Assembly: GCA_964234715.1 (NCBI GenBank) | Contig: OZ174288.1 | Direction: 5' to 3' (one strand) | Source: Podarcis melisellensis | Lineage: Eukaryota | DNA: 64,000 bases | In this document: piece by piece, positions 26,897 through 37,877 of the stretch | Numbering within the stretch: the first letter of the stretch is position 1 | Layout: each line of letters begins with the position of its first letter | Notes under the pieces: generated by a model | Database searches by the model: none | Seen by the model: the letters and a program-made list of their open reading frames with translations, nothing else | What the model was told of the DNA's origin: nothing | Made by a program: the position numbers and the translations under genes

Positions 26897-27220
26897 AAAG
26901 GTAAAGGGACCCCTGACCATTAGGTCCAGTCGTGGCCGACTCTGGGATTGCGGCGCTCATCTCGCTTTATTGGCCGAGGAAGCTGGCGTACAGCTTCCGG
27001 GTCATGTGGCCAGCATGACTAAGCTGCTTCTGGCGAACCAGAGCAGTGCACGGCAACACCGTTTACCTTCCCGCCGGAGTGGTACCTATTTATGTACTTG
27101 CATTTTGACATCCTTTCGAACTGCTAGGTTGGCAGGAGCAGGGACCGAGCAACAGAAGCTCACCCCATCGCGGGGATTCGAACCACCGACCTTCTGATCG
27201 GCAAGTCCTAGGCACGTCCC
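26897..27220 (-). mobile_element. Sauria SINE with a deletion in the 5' head
   Basis: TSD TGTCTTCTWGTTA (26885-26897 / 27221-27233); lacks the ggtggcgctgtgggttaaaccacaga segment present in the other copies. Confidence 0.92.
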
Positions 27221-27499
27221 TGTCTTCTAGTTAGGGTTTATTTTATTTATTTGCTACACTTCACATCCCGTCTTTCCCTCAAGGAGCTCATGACATACAT
27301 CATCCTCTGTATTATATTCACAGCAACCGTGTGAGGTAGGACAGGTGGAGAAAGGCAGTGACTGGTCCCCAAGGTCACCCATGAGCTTCATGGCCCTGAG
27401 TCTCTACCCACTCCACCACACTGTCCTCTTTTAAATGTATTTTGTGCTTTAAAACTTTTAAAATTATCTCCTGGGAAAATCACCCTAATCAATAAATTA

Positions 27500-30300
27500 A
27501 TCGCAACGATAACCATGCAGAAAACGAGGCCAGCTTCAGGGACTTGTCCCCACTTGATCCAGCTCCTCGTCTCCCTCCTGGATTCCATTCCGGAGTTCCC
27601 TGGCCGCCACCGCGCTCGGGGTGGAGGGCGGTTGTTGCGCGGTGCGGTGCCAGCCTCGCCTGCCTTGTGTCCCACGTGGGACCGGCTCCCCGGCGCTCCA
27701 GCAGGCCTCCAATCGCGAGGCGGCTGCCCGGCTGCTTAGGCGAGGTGGGGGAGGGGAGGCGGCCTGCGACCCTGGAGCGCCCACTCGGCTGCAACAGGAA
27801 CGGATCCAATTAGAGGCGCGGAGGAGAAGGCAACGTCCCCGAGTCGGGTGGGGGGGGGCTGAAGACGCGGGCGATTAATGAGATGCGGGGGGGGAGGGGG
27901 GCTTCGGAGGTTTTTGTTTTTTTGTTTTGCCCGGGGAGGGAGAGAAAGCTTGCGGGGGGGGGGAGTCCCTCCATACTCTCATCTCCCTCCCCCCCATGTC
28001 CAACTTCAAAGCAAGCAGAGACCCCCCTTCCTGCAATTCTGATTTGAGTCCCCGTTTTAAAAAGGGGGGTCAATTTAGCAAAGGGGGAGAGGGGACGTGG
28101 CCTATTAACTCCCCCTTTCCTCAAATTCCTTTAAATGCACACACACATTTCACTTCCTCGCGGCAAACGAGAGAAACGGCCCCTTCATTATTATTATTAT
28201 TTAAATAGAAGCTTCTCCCTTTGATGCATAAAATCAAATTGATATTTAGCCCCTCCTCCTCCCCTTTTTCTTTTCTCATTCTCTCTCTCTCTCTTTTTTT
28301 TTAAATGCACGGCTCCCTTTTTACCACATGGTAGTGACAGATTGTTTGAGCTGGAAGGAGAAGCCATTCAGAGCTAATTAAGCGGCCCTTTCCAAGCAGG
28401 ATCCGCGAGCGCCAGTCTCGGGAAGGCAACCTATTTGTCAGCGCTCGGGCTCCGGCCGCCCCACGTGCCTTTGACGGACAGGTCTCCCGGCTTGGAGTGG
28501 CAGCGGCGAGGCGCCCAGGCCAATGAGGAGCCGGCGGAGGGCTCTCTCTCCTCCCATTGGCCGGGCGCCGCTTCCCCGTCTCCCTCCCGCGCGTGTGGTT
28601 TGCTTTCCCCGCCCCCTTTCTTTACACGACCGCGCCCCACGTGGGACAAGGAAGACGAGGAGGGGCGGGGCTCGCGCCACTCTCTCTCTCCTTCCTCGTG
28701 ACGTCAGGCGAGGGGAGCCATTTTGTGCTTAATGGGCGCTGCCCGGGAGGGGCGGGCGGGAGCTTGGCCTGGGTTTCTCCTTCAATTAATTACTGCCTCT
28801 GTTCCTCCGCAGCTGGGAGCCGTCTGGGCCGGGCCTGGGCTTGAGGAGGGGACGGCAAAGGCAAGGCGGGCCCCCTTCAGCACCAGCAGCAATTGCCATT
28901 TGCAAATGCTCGACAAAAGCAGCAGCAATTTGCAAATGCTCCGGCAAGAGCCAGGGCCAACGGAGGCCCCGCAACCGCTTCGTTAGCATGCAAATGCTCC
29001 CCTTTGTCTCGCTGTCGGAGCTCCAGCTGAACTCCGCGGCGTGGGAACGGCCCCCGGCCCCGCTTCCCGGAGGCCCGCTGGACTGTGCTCTGCGCCCTGC
29101 GTTGGCAACCCTCGGGGTCCAGGAAGAGCTGGGCTCAGCCCCCCAGAGAGCCTGGCTTCCTGGCTTTGGGAAAGGCACTCTGCGCACCGCCAGAGGCACT
29201 CTAGTGTTAGGCGCTGTGTAAGAAAGCTCTGCAAGGCAGGTTCGTGGTTTGGGAGGCTTAGGTCAGTGCTGCCTTTGAATCGCCGTCATTGTATCAAGAC
29301 ACATCTAGGCGCACAACTCCAGCAATTAAGTTTTGCGCGCGCAACTTTAGGATTGCAACCTGTCATTTGGCCCATACTTGCTACTGTGGAGGAAAAGTGG
29401 CTTAGAATCCCCTAAAAGGTCCACGTTTCAAGTCCTCCGCCTCATTGGTATCCCGGGGCACGTAAAGAGCGTTGTGAGCCCCGGCTAGGGATGACGCGGG
29501 ACGATCGTGCCAAGAGGGGTTCATCTGGAACAACTCTGTTTCTGCGCAGCTACCACCACTATCGTCTCCCCCGCTTTCTGGGGATCACGCGCAGCTGCTG
29601 CGCCGGATCCGGAAAGGGGGGCGGCCCGGCGCAAGCAACAGGCCGACGCTTCTTTCTGGCCCTTCCGGGGCCTGCCAGAGCGGTGCTTTGTTGCAAATCG
29701 GTGCAGCCGAGTGTGTGACTTTAATGAAATTACTTTCCTCCCCCCCATTTTGGGGGGGGGCTCCATCAAAGCCTCTCAGACTTTCAGAAGAAAAGGGAGC
29801 GAATAACAGGTAGCGCGCGGGGGGGTCGTGTTTGCATAAAGCACAAGGCATCCCCTCCCCCCCGTCCTGCTGGTGGGCACATCAAAGACAGGGGGAGGGG
29901 CGGGCCCAGCGCCCCCCAGGAATTCTCCCACCGCCTGACTGCTCCCCCTCTCCCTTTGCAGCCCTGCCAACCGTTTTATCGGCCCTAAATCTTCCGAAGT
30001 GAAAACATTAAAATGACAAAAGCGATTTTGTTTGTTTTATAGCTTCTAATTGGGGCTGCTTTGCAGATCTAATGAGATTAGGAGGGAAAAGCGCTCTTGC
30101 GTTCACACGGGCTGCGGAAACAAGCACCGCGATTGTTGTCCGGACCGCGCTTGCCTCGTGGGGGGGGGGCGCGCTTACCCCTCGCCTCGACGGAAGGGTC
30201 GCCTCGGGCCTGGGAGACAGCGATTGGGTGCAAGACCTTGCTCGCCCCTCTGCCTCGTGGAGGGCCGGGCCACCCAGCCTCAGTTTCCGTTCTGTCCAAA
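27500..30300. promoter_or_regulatory. Upstream CpG island with promoter-like core at about 28450-28730
   Basis: CpG-dense; CACGTG 28462 and 28638; CCAAT 28520 / ATTGG 28556; GC box 28662; CRE TGACGTCA 28699-28706; YY1-type GCCATTTT 28717-28724. Confidence 0.75.
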
Positions 30301-31269
30301 CGCTTTGAATTACAGTCTACAAAAATTGAATCTGTATATTGCAGGGAGTTGGTGTGGATTACCCTTGGGGATCCCCCTCCAACTGTACAATGTTATGATT
30401 CTGTAAAATTGTATCATGAAGTCATCTTCCAGTCTTTTTTCTTCAATTTTTATTTTATTTGAAATGCCTTCAATTTCCTTAGAAAAGTGGTCACTTGACT
30501 GCACACAACCAAACAATATCGCTTAGGGGTGGAGTTATTCTGCTGAAAATGTTGAGTTGAAATATTTCTAGGCCGCCTGCCCGTCCGAGACAGTTAACAA
30601 TAATAAAACAGGATAGAAAAATCAAGAAGAGGAAAGCGAAAACCTTCAAATCCTTCCCAAGTTAAAGGTGATAAAACATCCTTGGCCAGCTGCATCAAAA
30701 CCCTTTCCCATCCCAGCCAGGAGGGATTCCAGGCTAAGCCCGTTTGAAGAAGCTTCTGAAGCGCAGTCGGTGTTTAGATACACCCGCAGGGAGTTCCAAA
30801 GGCATTTTAGATTCTGGAGGAAAATGGGCCTACAGGCCCTCCGCCTTTCAGAAGGTTAGGTTTGCTGATTCAGAGATCAAAGGGTGTTACCAGACAGGTG
30901 GCTATTGTGGGATGAGCTGGTATCTATTCCCCTCCTCCCCCGCTATAATCCGGATTGTCCCCTTCCTAGGAAAATCTGATAAATTAAAAACAACACCCAG
31001 GTTGCCAAGGGCCTTCGGTGAGAACTGACCATCCCGCTGCAATACTTATCTGCACCCAAAACGTGGGAAGACAATTCTGCTCTCTGTACTGCTGGGGCGG
31101 GAGGAAGGACTGGACTCCTGTCCTAAAAGCATTGTTACTAAAACAGCAACAAGATCTGGCAGCGCTACAAAGTCTTAACGAACGGATGAGGACGGCAGCG
31201 GCAGCAGCAGTAGTTCTTGTGTTATTACTTTGTATACCCCTCCAAGGTGGCGTCTGACTTTCTTTCCCC

Positions 31270-31602
31270 CTTCCTCATTCAATTCTCACCACAACCCTGT
31301 GAGGTAGGTTAGGCTGGAGAGCCTATGACTGGCCCAAGGGTCGCCCAGTGAGCTTCATGGCCCATTGGAGGGGATACGAATTCTGGTCTCTCCCGGTTCG
31401 TAGTCCGATACCCATATATCGCTATGCCATCTGACATCTGAAGGCAGCCCTGTTTAGGGAAGCTTTTAATGTTTAATAGGTTATTGTGTTTTAGTGTTTT
31501 GTTGGAAGCCGCCCAGAGTGGCTGGGGAAACCCAGCCAGATGGGCGGGGTATAAATAAATAAATTATTTATTATTATTATTATTTATTATTATTATTATT
31601 AT
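31270..31602. mobile_element. tRNA-derived SINE (-, about 31270-31430) abutting an L2 3' end with (TTA)n tail (+, 31431-31602)
   Basis: caaccctgtgaggtaggttaggctg SINE body; L2 tail identical in structure to 2160-2335. Confidence 0.8.
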
Positions 31603-32525
31603 TTCACCTTGGCTCTCGCATTCGATGGTCTCTCCTCCGCCTAACACGTTGTGCCCCCCACTCCAAAACCTGGATGGGTGGGGCGGGGCGCTTCTCTGGT
31701 TGCTATTCCCTCCTCACCTTCCCCGCCCGCCCCCGGAAGTGTACAGACAAACATACACAACTTCCTAACTCATCATCAGAAGCGGCCTCCCCCCCCCCCC
31801 ACCGGGCGCGGTGGCATTTCACGTCGGATTATATCATCAGCCCAAACCGCAACCAAATGATCCCCGGGCAGAGAAGGAGAAGCCCCCCCCCCGGCCTGGG
31901 CAGGAGCCGTGGGAAAAAAAGGAAAAGGGAGGGGGCAGACTTGCTGGGGAGGGGGGGCTGCAGCGAGGAAGGAAGGAAGCGGCCCGGCGTTGGGGGTGGG
32001 GGTAGATCGGGGGAGGGTCCGCTGCTCCGCTTCGCCTCCCTTTCCCCGGTTCGGACGCCAGGTGGCACCGAGAGGTTCCCTCCCTCCAACCCCCTCCTCC
32101 CCTCCCGCACTCGACCCGGGCGCCGACCAATCACGCGGCGAGTGGCTGCGGCCCCCACGTGGGATCCCCGCGCTGTGATTGGCGCAGAGCTCGCTCAGCC
32201 CTTCAATTCATTTCTTCCTTTCTTCTCTGCTCGGCGTTTGCTGCTGCTTCGCCTTTCTCGGTCCTCCCCCTATTTGGAGCGCGACGCGGAGTTCTCGTGT
32301 TGCAGCGGCGGCGGCGGCGGCAGCAGCAGGAGCCTCGCCTTCTGTGGGTGGCATTGCAAGGCCGGATTGGAGAAGTGGGGAGGTGGGGGGGTTGTGCCGA
32401 ACGACGTTTGCTCGCGGCTTGTTCGGGGTGGGGGCCGCCGCTACAAGCCTTTGAGGATTTGCCTCCTTTGAAGAAGCGACCTCCCCTCCCCCCTCTCCCC
32501 CCCCCTCCCCGCTCTCTTCGCCTCC

Positions 32526-32615
32526 ATGACCGCGGCGACCCCGTCTGGATCCGGCTGCGCTTTCTTGCGACGGGGAGGACCGTGGGAAGGAGAACAAGGG
32601 ACGGAGCCAGCCTGA
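32526..32615 (+). other. uORF1 in putative TLE3 5' UTR (29 aa, weak Kozak)
   Basis: tccATGa...gccTGA; out of frame with the main ATG; depends on the TSS lying upstream of 32526. Confidence 0.45.
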
Positions 32616-33096
32616 CTCGGCTCCGCGCGCGCGGGGATAGGATCTCGGTGGAGTTACTGCGAAGGAGAGAGAGTACCCCCCCACCACCACCACCACCGAA
32701 AAACAACAACAATCCGGGCTTTGTTTTTCTTCTTCGTGTGGTTTTCTTGTCTCCTTGCGAGCGACCGAGGAGGAAATCGTTGCAGCCCCGGCGGCCAGGG
32801 AAAGAGCAGCCGGGCGGATTTGCAAGGAAGTATCGCCCCCCCCCCTTCCAACACTCCGCAGCGTTTGTCTCGTCTCCTGCTCTGCCCGAGGGAGCTTTTT
32901 CTGGTGGATCTGCTAACAAAAAGGAAAGCCCAGCCGTCCGCCGGCTTCGGAGTTGCTGCGGATTGTGCGTGTGAACGCGCGCGCTTGGGTGTAATACCAA
33001 CGGAGGGGTGCCGTTGTTCGAGGGAGGCGATCGTCTCTTGCCTTCTTCCTCGAGCGGCGGCGGGGGAGCCTTTCCGAGCCCGGGGAGGGGGGTAGG

Positions 33097-33240
33097 ATGC
33101 CCGGAAGGGGCGGCGGCTCCCCCTCGCCCGCCATCGCCGCTGCCCACCCGGGGGAAGTCCGGCCGTCGTCGTCGCTGCTGCTGCTGCTGCGCTCGGAGGA
33201 GGCGCGTCAGGCTCCCGGCCGTGGCGGCGGCGGCTGCTGA
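33097..33240 (+). other. uORF2 in putative TLE3 5' UTR (47 aa, A at -3)
   Basis: aggATGc...tgcTGA; same frame as the TLE3 ATG; stops 66 nt before it. Confidence 0.55.
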
Positions 33241-33306
33241 AGCGCCCGCGCTCGCCTCCTTTGTCCAGGCTCCGGAGGGACCGTCGCTCCGATCGCGGGG
33301 CCGGCC

Positions 33307-33330
33307 ATGTATCCCCAAGGGAGGCACCCG
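33307..33330 (+). CDS. TLE3: TLE3 coding exon 1 (MYPQGRHP)
   Basis: gccATGtat start in a CpG island; 24 nt encoding MYPQGRHP, the TLE N-terminus; donor CCG|GTGAGT at 33331. Confidence 0.97.
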
Positions 33331-33963
33331 GTGAGTAGGTGGCGGAGTCGAGGGGGGGAGGGAGGCGCCCTGCTCGGCCTTCCCGTGGCCTTTGATCCGG
33401 ATCGCGGCCCTGGGGGCTTGAGCCGCGTGTAAACGGAGCAGCGCCCCTTGGGGCCCGCTTGGGAACTCGCCCTTTTGGGGGGATGGGGTTTGTCGTAGTG
33501 CTCTTTTCCCCCCATCCCCGCATACACTTCCAGGCACTCCCCCCTCCCCCTTCACTTTTCCCTCCAGCAAGCCCGCGTGCATATGTGGGGCTGGGGGTGG
33601 GGAAGGAACGGGAGCACCGAGCCCCCTGCTAGTGGTGTCACAGAGAACTTGCTGCTTTTAAAAAATTGTGGGGGGGGGCTTGTTTATATTTTAGCTTAAT
33701 TGTTCAGCACCCCCTTTTAATTGGGGGAGCTGTAGGCGGAGGCAGGTGTCATAAGACTAGATTTTTATCAACTTCTTTTTATGTAGGTTTTTGGGGGGGG
33801 CAAGGATTTGGGGGAGATTAGCGTGTAACTTGCACTTCTCCCCCAGTCCTGTCGGAGGCATTTTGGTTGTCTACAGCTGGGGTGTGTGTGTTGATGATGG
33901 GCTTGCTGCCCCAGAGGACTTACTGATAAACCTGGTGGGGGGGCTGTCTTCTCCCCATTCCAG

Positions 33964-34064
33964 GCACCCCACCAGCCTGGCCAGCCAGGCTTCAAATTCA
34001 CCGTTGCCGAATCCTGCGACAGGATTAAGGACGAGTTCCAGTTCCTGCAGGCTCAGTACCACAG
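33964..34064 (+). CDS. TLE3: TLE3 coding exon 2 ([33 protein letters not shown]), Q domain
   Basis: Acceptor ttctccccattccag; 101 nt; donor CAG|GTAACC; in frame with exon 1; TLE Q-domain sequence. Confidence 0.98.
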
Positions 34065-35298
34065 GTAACCTTTCTCTGGCTCCTTCCTCCCACCTTGCAA
34101 AGGTGAAAGGCTTATTAATCCTGACAGACGCGGAAGGGTTAAAAGAGCAGGCAGTCTGGAGTGTCTTAGAAACCACAAAGCTGGCTGACATCCAGGCTGC
34201 TTATTGTTCTCCACTCTCTGTCAACTTGGGGCTCACTCCCCCCCTTTCACTTTCTTTAAGAACATTTGGGGGAGTTTCCAGAAAGGAGTTTTGCAGCCCT
34301 GTCTGCTAAGAACATCCATTTATTTCCTGCACGTTGTCTTTGCTAGTTAGTAGTTGTTTAGCTGAAGAAAACAACCCCCTTGCCTTCAGATGTGTTCCTC
34401 TTCCCCATTGCTTGTTAAGCTGTTTTGATTGCAAGGAACACCCCAAGAGGTACCATCAAGCACTCTTAAGGTTCCTTACTTGCAGCCCAATCCCATCTAG
34501 GTTTTCTTGGGAGTCAGTCCCATTTATTTTAGTGGGATTTACTCTCAGATAAGAGGCAGTCCCAAGCAGGCTTCCATAGAAAGCCTGCTGGCACACAGTC
34601 AGAGGCTGTGTGTTTAACACCAAAAGTAAATTGGCCATGTTATTTCAGAGCTGAGAGTTTTAATCTGCACAGCTTCTAGGCATTTTTGGGAGGATTTGCT
34701 AAGAAGATCCCAAATTTTCATGCTAATTCTCCCCTACCTTTCCACCTCAATATCAACTCTCCGGCTTTTAATTTGCTGACATCATTAAGAGGTTCAAGAC
34801 AGGTCCCTTTTCAGGTTTTGTAATTGAAGCTCTGAGGGCTAGGCATAAAAAATCTGTCAGAAAAAGGCTGCCTTTTCACTGAGGGTACCTCCGATTTAAA
34901 ATACTTTATCACAATCTCCAGTAAATAAACGAACAAATGCCACTCATTGGCAGTGTATATAATTCAGGCTCTGGTGAATTTCCAGTGACACTTTGTTCAT
35001 TAAAAAAAAAAATCTAGTAAGTCTCTTGTCTCACAAGAGCTGTACTTCACTCACCTGTAGTCTTGTGACTCTGTTTTGAATCTGCTCTGTGAAGGATCAA
35101 GTGCCTTGGAGCATATACAGAGTGCATCCTTTTTCATAGTTTGCGTGTTTGCAGAGTTAATGGGGAAGGAAGGGTTTCTGGGTGAAAAGGTGTGACTTTC
35201 AGGTACTCTTTCCTTGACTCTCCCCTAACCCCAAACAACTTGAGTGTTTCTGGGACTTCTGAGTTGTGACGGGTAACCTCTCTCTTTTTCTTTTCTAG

Positions 35299-35362
35299 TC
35301 TTAAAGTAGAGTACGACAAGCTTGCGAATGAAAAGACAGAGATGCAGCGCCACTACGTGATG
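35299..35362 (+). CDS. TLE3: TLE3 coding exon 3 ([22 protein letters not shown])
   Basis: Acceptor tctttttcttttctag; 64 nt, phase fits exon 2; donor ATG|GTAAGA. Confidence 0.98.
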
Positions 35363-36947
35363 GTAAGAGAGACTCTTTGATGGCAACTGTTTGCCTGGGG
35401 AAAACCGGACTTCTCTCACCCAGGCTGGGTCACTTGGAGTTGTAACCCAAAACATTGGGCGGAAGGCTTCTTTCGGAACTCACGGGGTCTCATATGAGGT
35501 TCCCATCCCATTCCGCTCCACAAACCCTTTTCTACCTGTCCACCTTTGTGTGCCCTTGTGCTTTCAGGGAAGCACTTTAACACACCTGGCTAAATGGCCC
35601 ATGTCCTTAGAATTTTCTTAGGCAGTCCTGAGCGCTTTCTGCTCTTCTATGGAATATGCTGCGAATATGACAGTTTTTTCCATGTCTGAAAAATAATAGC
35701 TGTTGGCTCCCTGTGGACATATGTGAACAACCACAGTGTTTATAAGCCCTTGGTGGTGTGGTGGGTGCCCGACCTGGGCTTTTGCTTCTTTGCCGCAGGA
35801 AACTCCCTGGAAAAAAACCCCGCAACCCCAGGAAGTGCCTTGATTCAGTTCCACATGAGTCCCTCCGTTAACTCAGCCCAGCTGTAGCCAGTGCAGCCTC
35901 CCCAGTGGGATTTGAGTCCCCGTAGCTGTGTAAATGCCTAATCGCTGCGGTGTGTGGTCAGTTGTTGCTTTTGCTACAGGAAAGCCTTTCCCAGGAAGTG
36001 GTCCTCGCAGTTGCTAATAATCCCTGTGGTTGTGGCAGCTCTGGGAATGCCAGAGGTTAATAGCCCTGGCAGAACCAGGTATTGGGGAATGGCTGTCAGA
36101 AACTGATCGGCCGTACGCAGCTCAAAGGCATTTAAAAGGTCCTTTTTTGCGGTAAATGTGATGGATTGGCTCTTGCTGGCTATATGGCAGAATAGTTGAG
36201 TTGAGTCTGACTATTCGCCATGTTACTCCTTCCAGGCATGGTTGGGTCTGACCTCATTGGGAGCCTCATGAGCACACCAGACGCCCAAATGAGGTCTTGC
36301 CCCCCTTCTGCCTCCCCCCCAAAAACCCCCCTGGGTTTGTAATGCAAGGCTGCAGGGGACCTGGATCAAGGGCATCTCATTTTCTCAGTTGGGTTCACTG
36401 AGGTGGTGTAGCCTGCCCATTTTAAAGGAGCAGCAGACATTCTTGTATGTCGAACACCCAGGCAAAGGGGTCTAGATTCAGTTTCTCTTTCACTTGCTGG
36501 TTTCATATTTGGAGGATGTTGAAGCCTGTGAGACACCCCCCCCCCGAGGAAAGTGGTACAGTCCTGAAACAGGTTGACCGCTTCTGGTGTGTCTGCGGCC
36601 TCCAAAATGCCCCCTTTCCTCCTGTGGCCGGCGCACATCAAATGATAGATTGTGGCCACCCTGTAACAAATGCAGCTCGTAGGTGGTTATACTCAGAAAT
36701 AAGACCCACAATGTTCACTGGATTTTGCTCCTGGTGTGCCAGGTGGGCAGCTGCTCCCATCACCCTTCTCCACTGGCTGTGCGGAGGACTAACACATCTG
36801 GAGAAATCCGAATTGGCTGTGCTCTTCTCAGTTGCACATAGCACAGAGTGCAATTGGTCCTACCTCCTTTGCGCGTATAACATGCAGATATACATGCCAC
36901 CGGCTTAGCATGCATGCAGCCAGTCCCTGGAGTGTTGAAAGGGCTTG

Positions 36948-37115
36948 AGAGCTACTGTGGTGTAGTGGTTAGAGTGTTGGAATAGGACCTGGGAGACTGG
37001 GTTCAACTCCTTGCTCAGCTCTGAAGTCAGTCATGGGCCTCTCAGGCTAACCTACCTCGCAGGGTGGTTGTTGAGAGGGAGAACCTTGAGCTCTTTGGAG
37101 GAAAAGGTGTATAAA
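36948..37115 (+). mobile_element. tRNA-derived SINE (Squam3-like); further copies at 27245-27425 (-), 47500-47690 (-), 52365-52630 (+) and 53325-53505 (+)
   Basis: tgtggtgtagtggttagagtgttgg A-box, gggttcaa B-box, ctaacctacctc-caggg body, ccttgagctc-ttggaggaaaagg tail. Confidence 0.75.
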
Positions 37116-37832
37116 TGCAAGAAACTCAATGAATTGTAAACCTCACAACAATCTGAGAAGGGAGTTGAGTGGTGTTATGTCAAATTGCCTGTGTGTCAGG
37201 GTGTGGGTGGGAGGGCATGTCTAAAGCAATGCAGTGAATTCCTGGTGCGTTGCCCAATCTCCAGCTGCTATGCAGCACAACCTTTAATTAACAATTAAAA
37301 ACACCGTGTTCATCAATGTAGGACACTTGGATCCCGGCAGAGCCCTTTTGGACGTAGGCCTTCCTGGTCAAAGGTAGCGGGTTTTCTCAATCCCGCTTTT
37401 TGAAATCCCTTAATGACAGGTGCTGCTTATCAAATAAGCGCCTTTCTGCATGTGTGGTGTGTTACACCCTTGAGCTGTGATGTTGAGCGCAGCGCAGAAA
37501 TAGCTCAAGATGTCTCCCCAGAGCCTGTGTGGGTTGTCTTGCATCCAGGAGACAGAGAGCATGCAGTTCACGGCTAGAGCTCTCCTAAGCAGCTTTCGGA
37601 GAAGAGGCAGGCGTGTCAAAGCATTGTCATCTTGTTAAAGATATGTCAAGCAGGGCGGACACTCTGTGGCTGCAGCCGTTTCTTGGGCTCCTGCAAAGCG
37701 AGAGCAAACCTTTCTGTTCTCCTCCTCCTTCGCTTTGAGATACTGGGTACCATATTCCAGATGCTTCCAAACATTTATTGCATGATTAATGAAGATCTCT
37801 CCCCCCCCTCCCCATTTTTTTCTCTTTTTCAG

Positions 37833-37877
37833 TACTATGAAATGTCTTACGGCTTGAACATTGAAATGCACAAGCAG
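37833..37877 (+). CDS. TLE3: TLE3 coding exon 4 (YYEMSYGLNIEMHKQ)
   Basis: Acceptor tttttctctttttcag; 45 nt; donor CAG|GTGAGT; invariant Groucho Q-domain peptide. Confidence 0.98.

Larger units (their letters stand above)
31640..33620 (+). promoter_or_regulatory. TLE3: CpG island: TLE3 core promoter, long GC-rich 5' UTR and exon 1
   Basis: Dense CpG; CCAAT 32127-32131 and ATTGG 32178-32182 flank CACGTG 32156-32161; a pyrimidine-rich stretch near 32200 suggests the TSS (inferred). Confidence 0.85.

Noticed and set aside
1-27000. A second protein-coding gene upstream of TLE3
   Set aside because: No ORF with a recognisable host protein or a consistent exon chain; only TE remnants and enhancer-like blocks
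32203-33582. 459-aa antisense ORF and the other 200-290 aa ORFs over the promoter
   Set aside because: Low-complexity G/P/R/A-rich translations caused by stop-codon scarcity in a CpG island; several frames are open at once and no domain is recognisable
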